From: Tubiluchus corallicola
Taxonomy: Eukaryota; Animalia; Priapulida
Assembly: GCA_030141605.1 (NCBI GenBank)
Contig: JAQGDQ010002413.1
Location: 1-59,491 of the forward strand
Direction of reading: 5' to 3'
Length of the DNA: 59,491 bases
Positions 42,525 through 53,519 of this stretch are shown in pieces; the stretch's first letter is position 1; each line of letters starts with the position of its first letter. The notes below the pieces were generated by a model. That model was not told the DNA's origin. It was given only the letters and a program-made list of their open reading frames with translations, and searched no databases. The position numbers and the translations under genes were made by a program.

Positions 42525-44171
42525 CCTGTTTTGTGCATTGCAGCACCCAAGTTTATAATTTCATATTTAACAACTTTTTTTGCATTTCAGTTGGCTGTAA
42601 TATTTTTGTTCTGACTTGTTTCGATTTGGGCAGAGTGTATTGCAGCTGCCTGATCTGCCGGATTTGTTCCAAGGCTTTTTCAGCAGAGATATCAATATTA
42701 TTTGCCCTCAATAACCTTTCCAGCTCTTTGTAAATGGCATAGGCTGTGAAACAAATACAGATATGGGCTTCAATGCGTTCTTTTAAGCGGTGATAAACTG
42801 GCCGTATTCGTAAATCAGTTTTTGATATACGAAAAGCTTTTTCCACTTGCCACAACTGACTATAATTCCCGATAACATCTTTTCTCGGTAAATGGGTATT
42901 GGTTACATAACCCTTCAACCCATCCCAAACTCTATCTGACTGGAACTTATCGTAGTCGATTTTAACGGCAATCTCCCCCGACAGATTCAGATATTTATTA
43001 TACCCGCGATTATTTATGTGATTCTTTGTTAGCTTGCCGGAAGCAACACGTTTTTCAAGTCTTTTTAAGCCCTTCTCTCTGTTTTTTTTATCGTTGAAGG
43101 CTCTTTTTTCTGAGAAGCTGATAATCAACCTTCCATTCTTGTTTTTCAACTCAACTGGCTTGTTTTCTTTAATATCAAGAGCTATAATTTTTTCTTTTAT
43201 TTTTTGACTTTCATTCTTTATCCGTCCTCCAAGTATGTACTCGTATTTGTTTTCAATCAAGGCATTTATGTTCTTCTGCGAGAGTAAAGCTGCATCGGCA
43301 ACTACAATAGGCCTTTCGATATTAAATTTATTTTGAAAGGCTTCCAGAACAGGGATTAGTGTTTTTGTTTCAGAGGTGTTTCCCTCGAATATTTGATAGC
43401 CAATCGGGTATCCATATTTACCCACCAGTAAACCTATCATTATTTGCGGTTGTTGATGCTTGCCATCTTTGTTGAATCCGGGAATACGGTAGTCATCTTC
43501 TTCTGATGCCTCAAAATACAATGTGGTCATATCATAAAATGCGACACTTATCTTTCCTTTTAGTAGCTTCCTGGTGTGCTTAAAGGTAAGTTGTTCAATT
43601 TGTGGCTTTAAACTTGTATTTAGCTCGTCAAGGAAACGATAAATAGTGTGTACGCTAACATCTGTATTCAGGTGCTGTCTAAAATAGTCAACGGTTTTTA
43701 ATTTGCTTCCCGGGTACACTAACCGACATAATACCAGGTTGCGAAAATAATTGCAGCACCCATCATCCGGAAAGTTAAAGACTTGATAAATTTTGCCTAA
43801 AATTAATTCACTTCCTACAACTTGTAAATGATTGTTTGCAATGCTGCCCACAAAGTTTTCAACCACCAAATCATCGTGTTCAACAAAAAGCGATTGCATG
43901 TCCCTAAGCCGCTCTATCTCTGTGTTGGCAAGCAATAAAAGCAATTCTTCTTCCCGCTTTGTTTTTGCGCAACCTACGGTTTTTACAACCTTATATTTAC
44001 CATGATTTTTTGAGATTATCTGTACACTCACAGAACCACTCCGATTCTTATTTTTTCGGACAAACATGCATAAAATTAAGCATGCAGCACCCAAAATGCA
44101 AATTTGAAATTCCTATCTTGCTGATAATCAGTAGTGCATTCTTGGGGCGTCGTTGTGGTGCACAAAACAGG
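42525..44171 (-). mobile_element. IS1634-family element, copy 3 (1647 bp)
   Basis: Reverse complement of 28-1674 with a few substitutions. Confidence 0.94.
42553..44067 (-). CDS. IS1634-family transposase, intact (ORF track start 44094)
   Basis: Differs from copy 1 at ~5 residues. Confidence 0.92.
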   Translation of the reverse strand: MFVRKNKNRSGSVSVQIISKNHGKYKVVKTVGCAKTKREEELLLLLANTEIERLRDMQSLFVEHDDLVVENFVGSIANNHLQVVGSELILGKIYQVFNFPDDGCCNYFRNLVLCRLVYPGSKLKTVDYFRQHLNTDVSVHTIYRFLDELNTSLKPQIEQLTFKHTRKLLKGKISVAFYDMTTLYFEASEEDDYRIPGFNKDGKHQQPQIMIGLLVGKYGYPIGYQIFEGNTSETKTLIPVLEAFQNKFNIERPIVVADAALLSQKNINALIENKYEYILGGRIKNESQKIKEKIIALDIKENKPVELKNKNGRLIISFSEKRAFNDKKNREKGLKRLEKRVASGKLTKNHINNRGYNKYLNLSGEIAVKIDYDKFQSDRVWDGLKGYVTNTHLPRKDVIGNYSQLWQVEKAFRISKTDLRIRPVYHRLKERIEAHICICFTAYAIYKELERLLRANNIDISAEKALEQIRQIRQLQYTLPKSKQVRTKILQPTEMQKKLLNMKL

Positions 44172-44284
44172 AAAACATGTAAAGAAGCTTAACTTACTGG
44201 CTTCCACGTTGAGGAGTCAAAAAAACCTTAACTTGTCAGTTAAATGAGAGTTTTGACAAAAATATTAATAGAGAGACAAGCCCC
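44172..44284. repeat. Right copy of the 113-bp target duplication
   Basis: Identical to 42412-42524. Confidence 0.95.
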
Positions 44285-44321
44285 GCAAAGGCTTTAATAT
44301 CTGCTATATTGAGGCAACTCC

Positions 44322-46445
44322 TTATTTAGTAACTACCCCTAACTCCGCTATCCCTACTACACCATTTTCATCTACTACCGATAAAGCACGAAGCTTGACA
44401 AATCGCCCTCTCTCGGCCTTAAACAGCCTCTTTTGCCATATCGGATTACTCTTTATATTTGAAAATTCTCCCTTAGACACCGGGGTTCCCCACCTTTTCC
44501 CATCCATGCTTACATAAAAGTTATAATTAAAAATAAGGCCCTTCTCACCTCTACTCTGATCAGGCAGATAGGTAAAACCCTCAATATCCAACTCTTCGCC
44601 TAAATCAACAATAATATCAACAGGAAAATCCTCTGCATTAGTAAAATAAGTTGAAGAAGGATCATCATCAATTGCCTTATTCGCATGCTTACTTTGAGTG
44701 TCATGAAGTTTCCACTTGGCCTTGCAGACATCAAACAGAGTAGTTGTCACAGGGCCTGATTCTTCGGTTTCTGGATCGAAAGAAACTGCTTTGACCACCC
44801 CTTTCCTTTTTTGCATAAACGGCTCTTTATAGAGAGAAGAACCGGCATTTGGCTCTGAACCATCTGTCGTATATCTTATTTCGCTGGTGCGCTCAAAAGT
44901 AGTCATGCTCACACGTCCGACCTTATCCCTGCTAATATCAGGAGCTAGCAATACTTTGGGGGCATTATATATCTCAATATTTGATATAGTAGGGCAGGCT
45001 TTAGACCTCTTTATGCTAAACCGCACCTTCGTAGCCGTTATCGGGTCAAACCGTAAAATGCGCTTATAACCAATAGTTGTTTCAGATGCCAGCTCTACCC
45101 ACTCTCCATTGGCCATCGCTTCAAGTGTGAACTCTTGTACTCTCTGTCCCAAAGCAATATACTCCTGTACCAGAAAACGATTTACTGTTGTCGCTCTCTT
45201 TAAATCTATAATCAGCGACGCTTCGGTAATATTATCATCCGTTGCCCAGTATGTTTTTTTATTCCCATCAACTACATTCTTTGCACTATACCCACGTCCT
45301 CTATCCGATGTAGCAGTTACCCTTTTTCCCTTTGCAATATTATGAGCAAAATCCGCTTTTATTGTCTTTGCCAATCCCATAAGAGCTGCTGAATCATTCT
45401 CATGAACAAGCCCCCTTCTATCAACTGGGAAATTTAGTAGTAGCGATGCATTTCTACCTATCGAATTGTAATAAATATTAAGTAGCCAGGGAATATCTTT
45501 TACTTTATGATCTTCCGACTCATGATAATACCAGCCCGGCCTTATTGATACATCTGCCTCTGCCGGAACCCAGTGCGTCCCATCATCATGCCCTTCACGT
45601 AGCTCTTTATAATGTGGATAACCCGGCCAGACCTCATCCCTGCGTAACAGTGACCAGTTTGTTTCTGGTGACCACCCCTCCTCATTGCCAATCCAACGAA
45701 CATCAGGCCCCGCATCACTAAAAAGAACTGCACTAGGCTGCAAGTTTCGCACTATCTTGTAAGTATTTGGCCAATCATAATAACTCTTTCTATCTATTTC
45801 TCTTCTCTCTCTTGCCCCTCCATAATAACCTACCCCCCCATTTGCCCCGTCAAACCACACCTCAAAAATCTCTCCATAGTTGGATAGCAATTCACGCAAC
45901 TGTTCACGCATTATTTCTATATACTCAGGCCTACCATAATACTGACTATTACGATCCCAGGGAGAGAGATAGACCCCCAGCTTTAACCCATACTCTTTGC
46001 ATGCCTCCGCCAACTCTTCTACTATATCACCCTCTCCGTTGCGATAGGGGGAATTCTTAACAGAATGCTCAGTTGTTTTAGTAGGCCACAGACAGAAACC
46101 ATCATGATGCTTGGCAGTCAATATAACTCCTGTCATGCCAGCCTCCTTAAATATGCGACACCATTGGCGACAATCCAAATCAGACGGATTAAAGATCTCA
46201 GGCGACTCATCACCATAACCCCACTCCATATTGGTAAAAGTGTTCATATTAAAATGAACAAAAGCGTAAAACTCCATCTCGTGCCACGCAAGTTGCCTCT
46301 CTGACGGAATGGGACCAAACGGGTTAGGAGGAGCAGCCTGCCTACATGAAGTAACCGTTGCCAGTACAAAAAACGGCATAAACAAACTGGCTCTAAAACA
46401 TTTCATTATATTATACATACTCACTCTTATATGAAGAAATAACAT
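44322..46445 (-). CDS. Alpha-L-fucosidase GH29 with F5/8-type and chitobiase-like accessory domains (lipoprotein; start uncertain)
   Basis: FVHFNMNTF, TAKHHDGFCLW, YLSPWDR, VWFDGA, DVSIRPGW, IRYTTDGSEP. Confidence 0.92.
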   Translation of the reverse strand: MLFLHIRVSMYNIMKCFRASLFMPFFVLATVTSCRQAAPPNPFGPIPSERQLAWHEMEFYAFVHFNMNTFTNMEWGYGDESPEIFNPSDLDCRQWCRIFKEAGMTGVILTAKHHDGFCLWPTKTTEHSVKNSPYRNGEGDIVEELAEACKEYGLKLGVYLSPWDRNSQYYGRPEYIEIMREQLRELLSNYGEIFEVWFDGANGGVGYYGGARERREIDRKSYYDWPNTYKIVRNLQPSAVLFSDAGPDVRWIGNEEGWSPETNWSLLRRDEVWPGYPHYKELREGHDDGTHWVPAEADVSIRPGWYYHESEDHKVKDIPWLLNIYYNSIGRNASLLLNFPVDRRGLVHENDSAALMGLAKTIKADFAHNIAKGKRVTATSDRGRGYSAKNVVDGNKKTYWATDDNITEASLIIDLKRATTVNRFLVQEYIALGQRVQEFTLEAMANGEWVELASETTIGYKRILRFDPITATKVRFSIKRSKACPTISNIEIYNAPKVLLAPDISRDKVGRVSMTTFERTSEIRYTTDGSEPNAGSSLYKEPFMQKRKGVVKAVSFDPETEESGPVTTTLFDVCKAKWKLHDTQSKHANKAIDDDPSSTYFTNAEDFPVDIIVDLGEELDIEGFTYLPDQSRGEKGLIFNYNFYVSMDGKRWGTPVSKGEFSNIKSNPIWQKRLFKAERGRFVKLRALSVVDENGVVGIAELGVVTK

Positions 46446-46615
46446 TTATGCTGAGACTGTAAAAATAGCAGCAATGTGAATGTCGAACATTAACGCTACT
46501 TACAGTATATTTTGATCACAATTAAAGTATTAATAGCTCAAATTTAATAATTTATTCCATCCTTAAAACATTTAGTTTTACCTTTGGAATGCTTTAAAGT
46601 TAATGTTAACCGTTT

Positions 46616-47590
46616 ATGGCATCAAAGCAAGATATTAAATCACCAATAAAATCGGAGCTAAAAGGGTTTGAGCCATATTATCGGCGCGCTACAAAAACGA
46701 AAATCCCCATTCTTGACATCATAATCAACTATATACTGAGGAGAAAGGGTAAACAGATGCGCCCTATCTTAGTGTTTCTTTCAGCTAAACTGAATGGAGA
46801 ATTTAATGAAAAAGCTTACCACGCAGCTATTACAATTGAACTTTTACATACAGCTACATTACTACATGATGACGTAGTAGATGAGGCGCATCAGCGCAGA
46901 GGTTTCTTTTCAATTAATGCTATATGGAAAAATAAACTAGCTGTACTTGTGGGAGACTATATTCTTGCAAAAGGATTGCTATGGTCACTTGACCATGACA
47001 ACTATGACCTTCTTAAGCATATATCTGTAGCTGTAAAAGACATGAGTGAGGGAGAGATTCTCCAGATCGAAAAAAATCGAAAATTCAATGTGACAGAGGA
47101 GACATATTTTGAAATAATAAAGAAAAAAACTGCATCATTGCTGTCAACAAGTGCTGCCGTGGGAACATGCTCTGTAACCAATGATGAGAAAAAAATATCG
47201 CTAATGCGCAAATTTGGCGAACATGCCGGAATCGCATATCAAATTAAAGATGACCTCTTCGACTTTGAAAAGAATAAACTTACAGGAAAACCAGCAGGTA
47301 ACGATATTCGTGAAAGAAAAATGACACTACCTTTTATATACGCACTTTCCGTATCGAAAAAAAAGGAGAAAAGTAGCATATTAAAAACTCTGAAAAAGCA
47401 TGACAAATCATCTGAAGATATTGATAAAATCATCAAATTTGTAAGGAAAAAAGGGGGAATGGAATATGCCAAAAGCATGATGCTGCTATACAGGAATAAA
47501 GCAATAAAACTTCTTGACACATATCCCGAATCAAAATATAAAACAGCGCTTATAGAATATGTCAACTATATTACATCCAGAAAAAAGTAA
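46616..47590 (+). CDS. Polyprenyl diphosphate synthase
   Basis: GKQMRP, LHDDVVD...RRG, KKTA, QIKDD..D, GK..GND. Confidence 0.93.
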   Translation: MASKQDIKSPIKSELKGFEPYYRRATKTKIPILDIIINYILRRKGKQMRPILVFLSAKLNGEFNEKAYHAAITIELLHTATLLHDDVVDEAHQRRGFFSINAIWKNKLAVLVGDYILAKGLLWSLDHDNYDLLKHISVAVKDMSEGEILQIEKNRKFNVTEETYFEIIKKKTASLLSTSAAVGTCSVTNDEKKISLMRKFGEHAGIAYQIKDDLFDFEKNKLTGKPAGNDIRERKMTLPFIYALSVSKKKEKSSILKTLKKHDKSSEDIDKIIKFVRKKGGMEYAKSMMLLYRNKAIKLLDTYPESKYKTALIEYVNYITSRKK

Positions 47591-47820
47591 AATATGATAG
47601 GCAACAACTCGAACGCAAACAACATATTATATATCAAAGCCCACTACAACTCTAAGGACTTTGGCCAAGGTTAAGAAAAGCGATGTAAAATTAGGACATT
47701 GAGATAGCTCTCGACAAAAAAACAGGTAAAAGCAGATAAGAACTTCACTATTATTATGACGGGGGAAAGTAGCAGACATGCCTGTTGCATAATCACCCTG
47801 AATCTACAGGCACACAGTAT

Positions 47821-48354
47821 ATGAGGAAACTACGAAACGATGAACTAAAAAGAATGAGCACTGAAGAGTTTAAAAGTGCGGAAAGACTCCCGGTTACTAT
47901 CATCATCGACAATATTCGCAGTGGCAACAATACAGGCTCTATCTTTAGAACATCCGACGCCTTATCGGTACAAAAAATTATCCTTTGTGGCATTACAGCT
48001 ACCCCCCCAAATAAAGAGATACATAAAACCGCACTGGGTGCAGAAGATTCTGTCCCATGGGAATATTTTGAATTCACAGAAGACGCCGTGAAAAAGCTAA
48101 AAGAAGAAGAGTACACCATTATAGCTGTAGAGCAGGTAGAGGGTAGCATCTCGCTACCTGAATATACCCCAAAAAAAGGACAAAAATCGGCGTTGATCTT
48201 TGGGAATGAAGTAAAAGGGGTTCAGCAAAAGATCATTGACATGTGTGACAAAGCTATTGAAATACCCCAGTATGGCACAAAACACTCTCTCAATGTATCT
48301 GTTTGTGTCGGAATTACACTTTGGGAAATAGTTCGCAAGCTAACTATGAACTGA
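47821..48354 (+). CDS. SpoU/TrmH-family RNA methyltransferase
   Basis: MRKL...EL.R, DNIRS..N.GS.FRT, FGNEVKG, IPQYGTKHSLNVSV. Confidence 0.9.
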   Translation: MRKLRNDELKRMSTEEFKSAERLPVTIIIDNIRSGNNTGSIFRTSDALSVQKIILCGITATPPNKEIHKTALGAEDSVPWEYFEFTEDAVKKLKEEEYTIIAVEQVEGSISLPEYTPKKGQKSALIFGNEVKGVQQKIIDMCDKAIEIPQYGTKHSLNVSVCVGITLWEIVRKLTMN

Positions 48355-48683
48355 TGCTCCCTGCAAGGGGCTTCCACACAGACGAAAACTAAACAAGTCA
48401 CATCTAATCATCAAACATTATATCAGCGTAAGATTTTTGCTATAACAGCCAAAAATTGCAACCGGCTAATATTGTTTAACTTCAAAAAATTTATAGCTTT
48501 GACGTGCATCTTAGCTATCATGTATGTAACTAGGAACTGCTAAAACACCGGATGAAAGTCAGAACAGAACAGAACTCTTTTTAACAAAAACTATGTAGAA
48601 AATATTAACACTCTACAACCTGTAAAACATGTCAACACTTTAGATTCAACCAGAAACCCTATATATAAACTACAACCAAATAA

Positions 48684-48896
48684 ATGGAGCAAAAAAATGA
48701 ACCTAAAAAACTTCGTCGCTCAGCTACCATGATTAAGCTTGGTGGTGTATGTGGAGGACTTGCAGAGTACTTCAATGCAGATGTAACTATTTTCAGGCTT
48801 ATATTTGCTATTGCGGCAGTATTCAGCTTTCTTATCCCCGCCACAATTGCATATCTGGTAATGTGGATTATAATCCCGAAGAACCCATACAATTAA
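48684..48896 (+). CDS. PspC-domain protein
   Basis: L.RS.....LGGVCGGLAEYF..D.T..R, AYL..WII.P. Confidence 0.9.
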   Translation: MEQKNEPKKLRRSATMIKLGGVCGGLAEYFNADVTIFRLIFAIAAVFSFLIPATIAYLVMWIIIPKNPYN

Positions 48897-49076
48897 AAGC
48901 GTGAAGAAGCTTTATAATAATAAATAATAGACTAATGGCTGCACATCTATCCAACCTATATAAAATGAGGGGATGGGTATTTCCCATACAGCCCAAACAA
49001 TTTAATATACCCCAAATACAAACTGATAATTTAATAACCAAAAAAATATTTTAAAACAATAAAACCGCGACAAATC

Positions 49077-50186
49077 ATGAAACGTATTACTGTTATTGCC
49101 ATTACCACTCTTTTTGTAGTCTCCTCTTTTGCTCAGGACATGAACAATATACGCCTGTCTGAAGAGCTGAGGCGACCAGCTACAGGAAGAAAAGAGATAC
49201 GAGTACCGGACATTCTTGGATATAAAACGCTTAAATGTGATTTTCATATGCACACGGTCTTTTCCGACGGCTCAGTATGGCCCACGTTCAGAGTTGATGA
49301 AGCATGGGAAGAGGGGCTGGATGCAATCTCTATAACAGATCATATTGAAAACAACCCTTCCAAAAGATTTGTAGGAGGAGACCATAACTCCCCATACGAT
49401 ATTGCTTTGGGCAGAGCTTTGGAAAAGAATATCATTCTTGTGCGTGGCGGTGAAATTTCACGAGGCATGCCTCCCGGGCACTTTAATGCCCTGTTTGTGA
49501 ATGATGTAAACCCTCTAAATACTGAAGACTACATGGACGCTTTTAAAGAGGCCGCCAGACAGGGTGCTTTTATTAAGTGGAACCACCCGGGATGGAAAGC
49601 ACAACAACCCGACACTACAATGTGGTGGAATATACACCAGGAACTGTACGAAAAAGGGTTGATACATGGGATCGAAGTCTTCAATGAAGTAGAATGGTAC
49701 CCTATAGCTCTGGACTGGTGTATAGAAAAAAATCTTGCTGTAACAGGGAACTCAGATATTCACGGTGTGGTGTCAAAAATGTATAACCTGGATAAATACC
49801 ATCGCCCCATGACCCTAGTATTTGCAAAAGACCGCTCAGAAGAGGCTATAAAAGAGGCAATGTTTGATCAAAGAACGGTTGCATTCTTCACCAACACTCT
49901 CATCGGTAAAGAGGAATTCTTAAAAGCTATTTTTGAAGCTTGTGTGGTGGTAGGAGAAGGTAAAGTCACCAGTAGGTCAGCGAGAAGGGAAGAGGCCGTT
50001 TACTCCGTTAAAAATAACTCTGACATAAAATTCACACTGTCAACAAAGAATAGTAATAAAATAGTAATTCCCGCAAATTCAGAAACTCAGATTTCTCAAA
50101 AAGCCGGAAAGAGAGTCCCCTTTATTGTTGAAAATATGTTTATCGGAGGAACAGAAAACCTTAAAGTAGAACTACTATTCGAATAA
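49077..50186 (+). CDS. Secreted PHP-domain phosphodiesterase/phosphatase
   Basis: LKCDFHMHTVFSDG, ITDH, PPGHFNA, NHPGW, NSDIH. Confidence 0.85.
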   Translation: MKRITVIAITTLFVVSSFAQDMNNIRLSEELRRPATGRKEIRVPDILGYKTLKCDFHMHTVFSDGSVWPTFRVDEAWEEGLDAISITDHIENNPSKRFVGGDHNSPYDIALGRALEKNIILVRGGEISRGMPPGHFNALFVNDVNPLNTEDYMDAFKEAARQGAFIKWNHPGWKAQQPDTTMWWNIHQELYEKGLIHGIEVFNEVEWYPIALDWCIEKNLAVTGNSDIHGVVSKMYNLDKYHRPMTLVFAKDRSEEAIKEAMFDQRTVAFFTNTLIGKEEFLKAIFEACVVVGEGKVTSRSARREEAVYSVKNNSDIKFTLSTKNSNKIVIPANSETQISQKAGKRVPFIVENMFIGGTENLKVELLFE

Positions 50187-50360
50187 TATAGTTTTTGTGC
50201 TATTACACTTACTACTCTTTTATTCTATATACAGGGGTAACTCAGGGATAAAGCTTCAAAGCAGACGGGACAATACCGAACAGCTAGATAAGCTTTCAAG
50301 ATGAATTACAAAAACAATAATTGTCTGAGACTATGAAAATAGTAGCTTTATAGGTATGTT

Positions 50361-51830
50361 CTAATCCTCCTTAAAAATACCTTTTAAGTCCAGGCCATCT
50401 CCCATCTCATCCTGTTTTATCAATAATCGGGCAAACAGCTCTTTTGCTTTTGCTGAATACTCTTCATTACCGATCAGGTTATTCATCTCTAAAGGATCAT
50501 TAGTAAGATCAAACAACTTCATTTTTGCTATTTGTGGATACACGATCAACTTATAGCCTTCAGCTCTGATCATTCTCTGCTTGTCCATATATGCTCCATA
50601 GATTGACTTATACGAGCTTCGGGTTTGCACCCCTTTTGCAAGAGGCAGCAAACTATTAAACTCCACATAATAAGGTTTTTCAAAGCCTGCTAGCTCTATT
50701 GTCGATGGCATAATATCCTGAATATAAACATCCAAATCAATTCGCCTATTTTTAGGTAAATCTGGCCCAATCACAATCAATGGAGATCTCATGCTGTGAT
50801 CGTACATACTTTGCTTGCCCATTAAGCCATGCTCTCCACACGCCAAGCCGTGATCTGCGCTATAAAAAATGTAAGTATTATCCTTTTGTCCCGAACTCTC
50901 TAACGCTTCCATAATACGCCCGATCTGCCTGTCCATATGCGTAATGATCGCATAATACTCTTGACGGTTAACTTTAACGGCGTGCTCAGTCCTGGGAAAA
51001 GGAGCCAGCTTCTCATCACGCAACTCCCTATCACACCCTATCGCATCCTTATCAGGGTACTCAGGAAGGAATGTTTTAGGCACCTCAATATTTTCGAGAG
51101 GATACATGTCAACACAACTCTTGGGTGACTGGCGCGGATCATGGGGAGCATTAAAGGCCACATACATAAAAAATGGATTCTTACGCTCCCTACACGTACT
51201 AATAAAGTCAACCGCCTCGTCTCCCAATACTTCACTCCAGTGCTTACCACCTTTCCAGAATCCCCCATATTGCCTATGCCACGGTTGCCAGATTGTATCG
51301 TTTTCATGAAGCGGCCTATTATATCCCTCAGGAGTCTGATTAGGCATACCTCCCGACCGCTTGGTGCCCATATACTCAAAACAGTCTTCTACCTTAGCTC
51401 TTATATGCCACTTACCTGCCATATAAGTATCATAACCGGCATTAGCCATAACGTTCCCCCACATCTGTGACATATAAACCGAATCTCTTTGGGACAAATG
51501 CTTTTCTATCTTGCGTGCATTCCAAATAGTGCGCCCTGTATTAAGCATTGTTCGTGAAGCTACACAAATCGCACCACTCCACCCTCCCATATTATAAGCA
51601 TGGGTAAAAGTTACTCCGCTTTCAACCAGCTTATCTAGATTAGGCGTTATCACTTCACGGTTACCTAAAACATGAATCGTATTATATGCCTGGTCATCTG
51701 CAAACAAAAATATAATATTCGGTTGCTCTCTCTCTTTTTTAGACTGTGAGGATGACATAGATATAACTGAAGTTGGCACTAATAAAAGTGCGGCAAAAAA
51801 CAGGTAGCCACTAAACATAATTTTTAACAT
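50361..51830 (-). CDS. Sulfatase (S1 family, Cys-type)
   Basis: PNIIFLFADD, CVASR...TG, GKWH, APHDP, ADHG, GKQ. Confidence 0.92.
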   Translation of the reverse strand: MLKIMFSGYLFFAALLLVPTSVISMSSSQSKKEREQPNIIFLFADDQAYNTIHVLGNREVITPNLDKLVESGVTFTHAYNMGGWSGAICVASRTMLNTGRTIWNARKIEKHLSQRDSVYMSQMWGNVMANAGYDTYMAGKWHIRAKVEDCFEYMGTKRSGGMPNQTPEGYNRPLHENDTIWQPWHRQYGGFWKGGKHWSEVLGDEAVDFISTCRERKNPFFMYVAFNAPHDPRQSPKSCVDMYPLENIEVPKTFLPEYPDKDAIGCDRELRDEKLAPFPRTEHAVKVNRQEYYAIITHMDRQIGRIMEALESSGQKDNTYIFYSADHGLACGEHGLMGKQSMYDHSMRSPLIVIGPDLPKNRRIDLDVYIQDIMPSTIELAGFEKPYYVEFNSLLPLAKGVQTRSSYKSIYGAYMDKQRMIRAEGYKLIVYPQIAKMKLFDLTNDPLEMNNLIGNEEYSAKAKELFARLLIKQDEMGDGLDLKGIFKED

Positions 51831-52081
51831 ATATAGTCTATTTAATAATTTTATCCTCTATCTTCATTCCGGCAGATTTAAGTATTTTTCCAAAAACTCA
51901 CCTTCATTTCTTATTGCTTTCCAGAAATACATTTAATATATTTGACGAAACTACATTTAATTTAACCATTTTCAAATTTAAAATAAATTGCATGATTTTT
52001 TTATATTATTGAATATCTTTTAAATCTTATACTTTACAAAATAGCAAACAAACGATGATATTTATAAAACATATAAACATA

Positions 52082-53179
52082 ATGAAAAAACTTATTCTAA
52101 TACCTGTTATACTCTTATTACTAGCCGGATGTTCAAAAAAAGTACCATCCTATTTGCAGAACTATAAAAAAGAGTACAGGGAGAACCCAAAAGCTGCAAA
52201 CCTGCAATGGTTTAAAGATGCGCAATATGGGCTGTTCATCCACTATGGCCTATACAGTATTTTAGAAAAAGGAGAATGGGTTCAATTAAGAGACACTATT
52301 CCTGTGGCGGAATATGCAAAACTAAAAGACAGATTTACTGCTGAAAACTTCAATGCCGATAAAATAACAGATATCGCAATTGATGCCGGGATGAAGTATA
52401 TAACAATCACTACAAAACACCATGATGGCTTCTGCCTGTTTGATACAAAAGCAACCGATTTCAATGTGTTAAACTCCCCCGCAAAGAGAGATCTAATAAA
52501 AGAGCTTTACGATGCCTGTAGACGAAAAGGGCTTGGACTATTTTTGTACTACTCTTATGGAGCTGACTGGAAGCACCCCTACTTTTATTCAAGAGAAAAG
52601 GGCTGGGCTAGTGGAAGGCCTGCATACACTGAGCCCCAACCCGAGTATAAATTCAAAAAAGATGAAGACTTTGAAATCTATATTGACTTTGTTCATCAAC
52701 AACTAAAAGAGCTGCTAAACCAATACCCCGACATTGCAGGAATATGGTTTGACCCTATCATGGGCTACTATGCACGTCCCAGCCTATTCCCTATTGACTC
52801 GACCTATGCTCTGATACGAAGCATGTCCCCTCACGCTTTGATATCTTTTAAACAAGGAGCAAATGGTGATGAAGATTTTATGGCACCAGAAAGAGGTGGG
52901 AATGCAAAGGTTGGACAGCAATTTGAAATAGCAAAAACAGTATACAAAAAAAATGAGGGTAAACCACGCGAAATATGCAACACATTACAACCTCACGCGT
53001 GGGGGTACAGTAAAAAACACGATGGGAATCATAAAACGGCCGATGATATAATTAAAATGCTAGAAAATGCTAGAAAAATAAATGCAAACCTACTTCTAAA
53101 TGTCGGGCCAAAAGCTGACGGCTCTTTCCCTGAAGAGGACATAAAAGCACTAAAAGAAGCAGGCAAAAGAATTAAATAA
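52082..53179 (+). CDS. Alpha-L-fucosidase GH29 (lipoprotein)
   Basis: LLAGC lipobox, WF.DA.YGLFIHYG, TKHHDGF, IWFD, NLLLNVGP. Confidence 0.9.
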   Translation: MKKLILIPVILLLLAGCSKKVPSYLQNYKKEYRENPKAANLQWFKDAQYGLFIHYGLYSILEKGEWVQLRDTIPVAEYAKLKDRFTAENFNADKITDIAIDAGMKYITITTKHHDGFCLFDTKATDFNVLNSPAKRDLIKELYDACRRKGLGLFLYYSYGADWKHPYFYSREKGWASGRPAYTEPQPEYKFKKDEDFEIYIDFVHQQLKELLNQYPDIAGIWFDPIMGYYARPSLFPIDSTYALIRSMSPHALISFKQGANGDEDFMAPERGGNAKVGQQFEIAKTVYKKNEGKPREICNTLQPHAWGYSKKHDGNHKTADDIIKMLENARKINANLLLNVGPKADGSFPEEDIKALKEAGKRIK

Positions 53180-53416
53180 AGGGACGAAGCCTTCGCGTGA
53201 CAAAAGGGCTTATCAGATTATTAAGGGAAAGTTTGAAAGAAAACCCACTTTAGCCGGGAAATAAAATAATACGGGTGTCTCCTACTTTGGATTGACACTA
53301 AATTAGATAATCTATTGCGACAGGCTTAAACCATCCGTTCTGCACAAAGACACCTCTCTTCACACGCATAAAGAGAACGCCTGTTATAAGGCCTTTTTAA
53401 ACTTATTGCGCTCCCC

Positions 53417-53500
53417 TGCTTCTTTGTATTACACAGACAAAGAAGCAATGGCGGGCTTTATACTTGCTCAAAGAGTGTACTTAAAGCCCGCTATTGCCAC
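53417..53500. terminator. Two adjacent hairpins between convergent fucosidase genes
   Basis: TGCTTCTTTGT..ACAAAGAAGCA and CAATGGCGGGCTTTA..TAAAGCCCGCTATTG. Confidence 0.55.
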
Positions 53501-53519
53501 TTGCTTTTCAAAACCTCAA

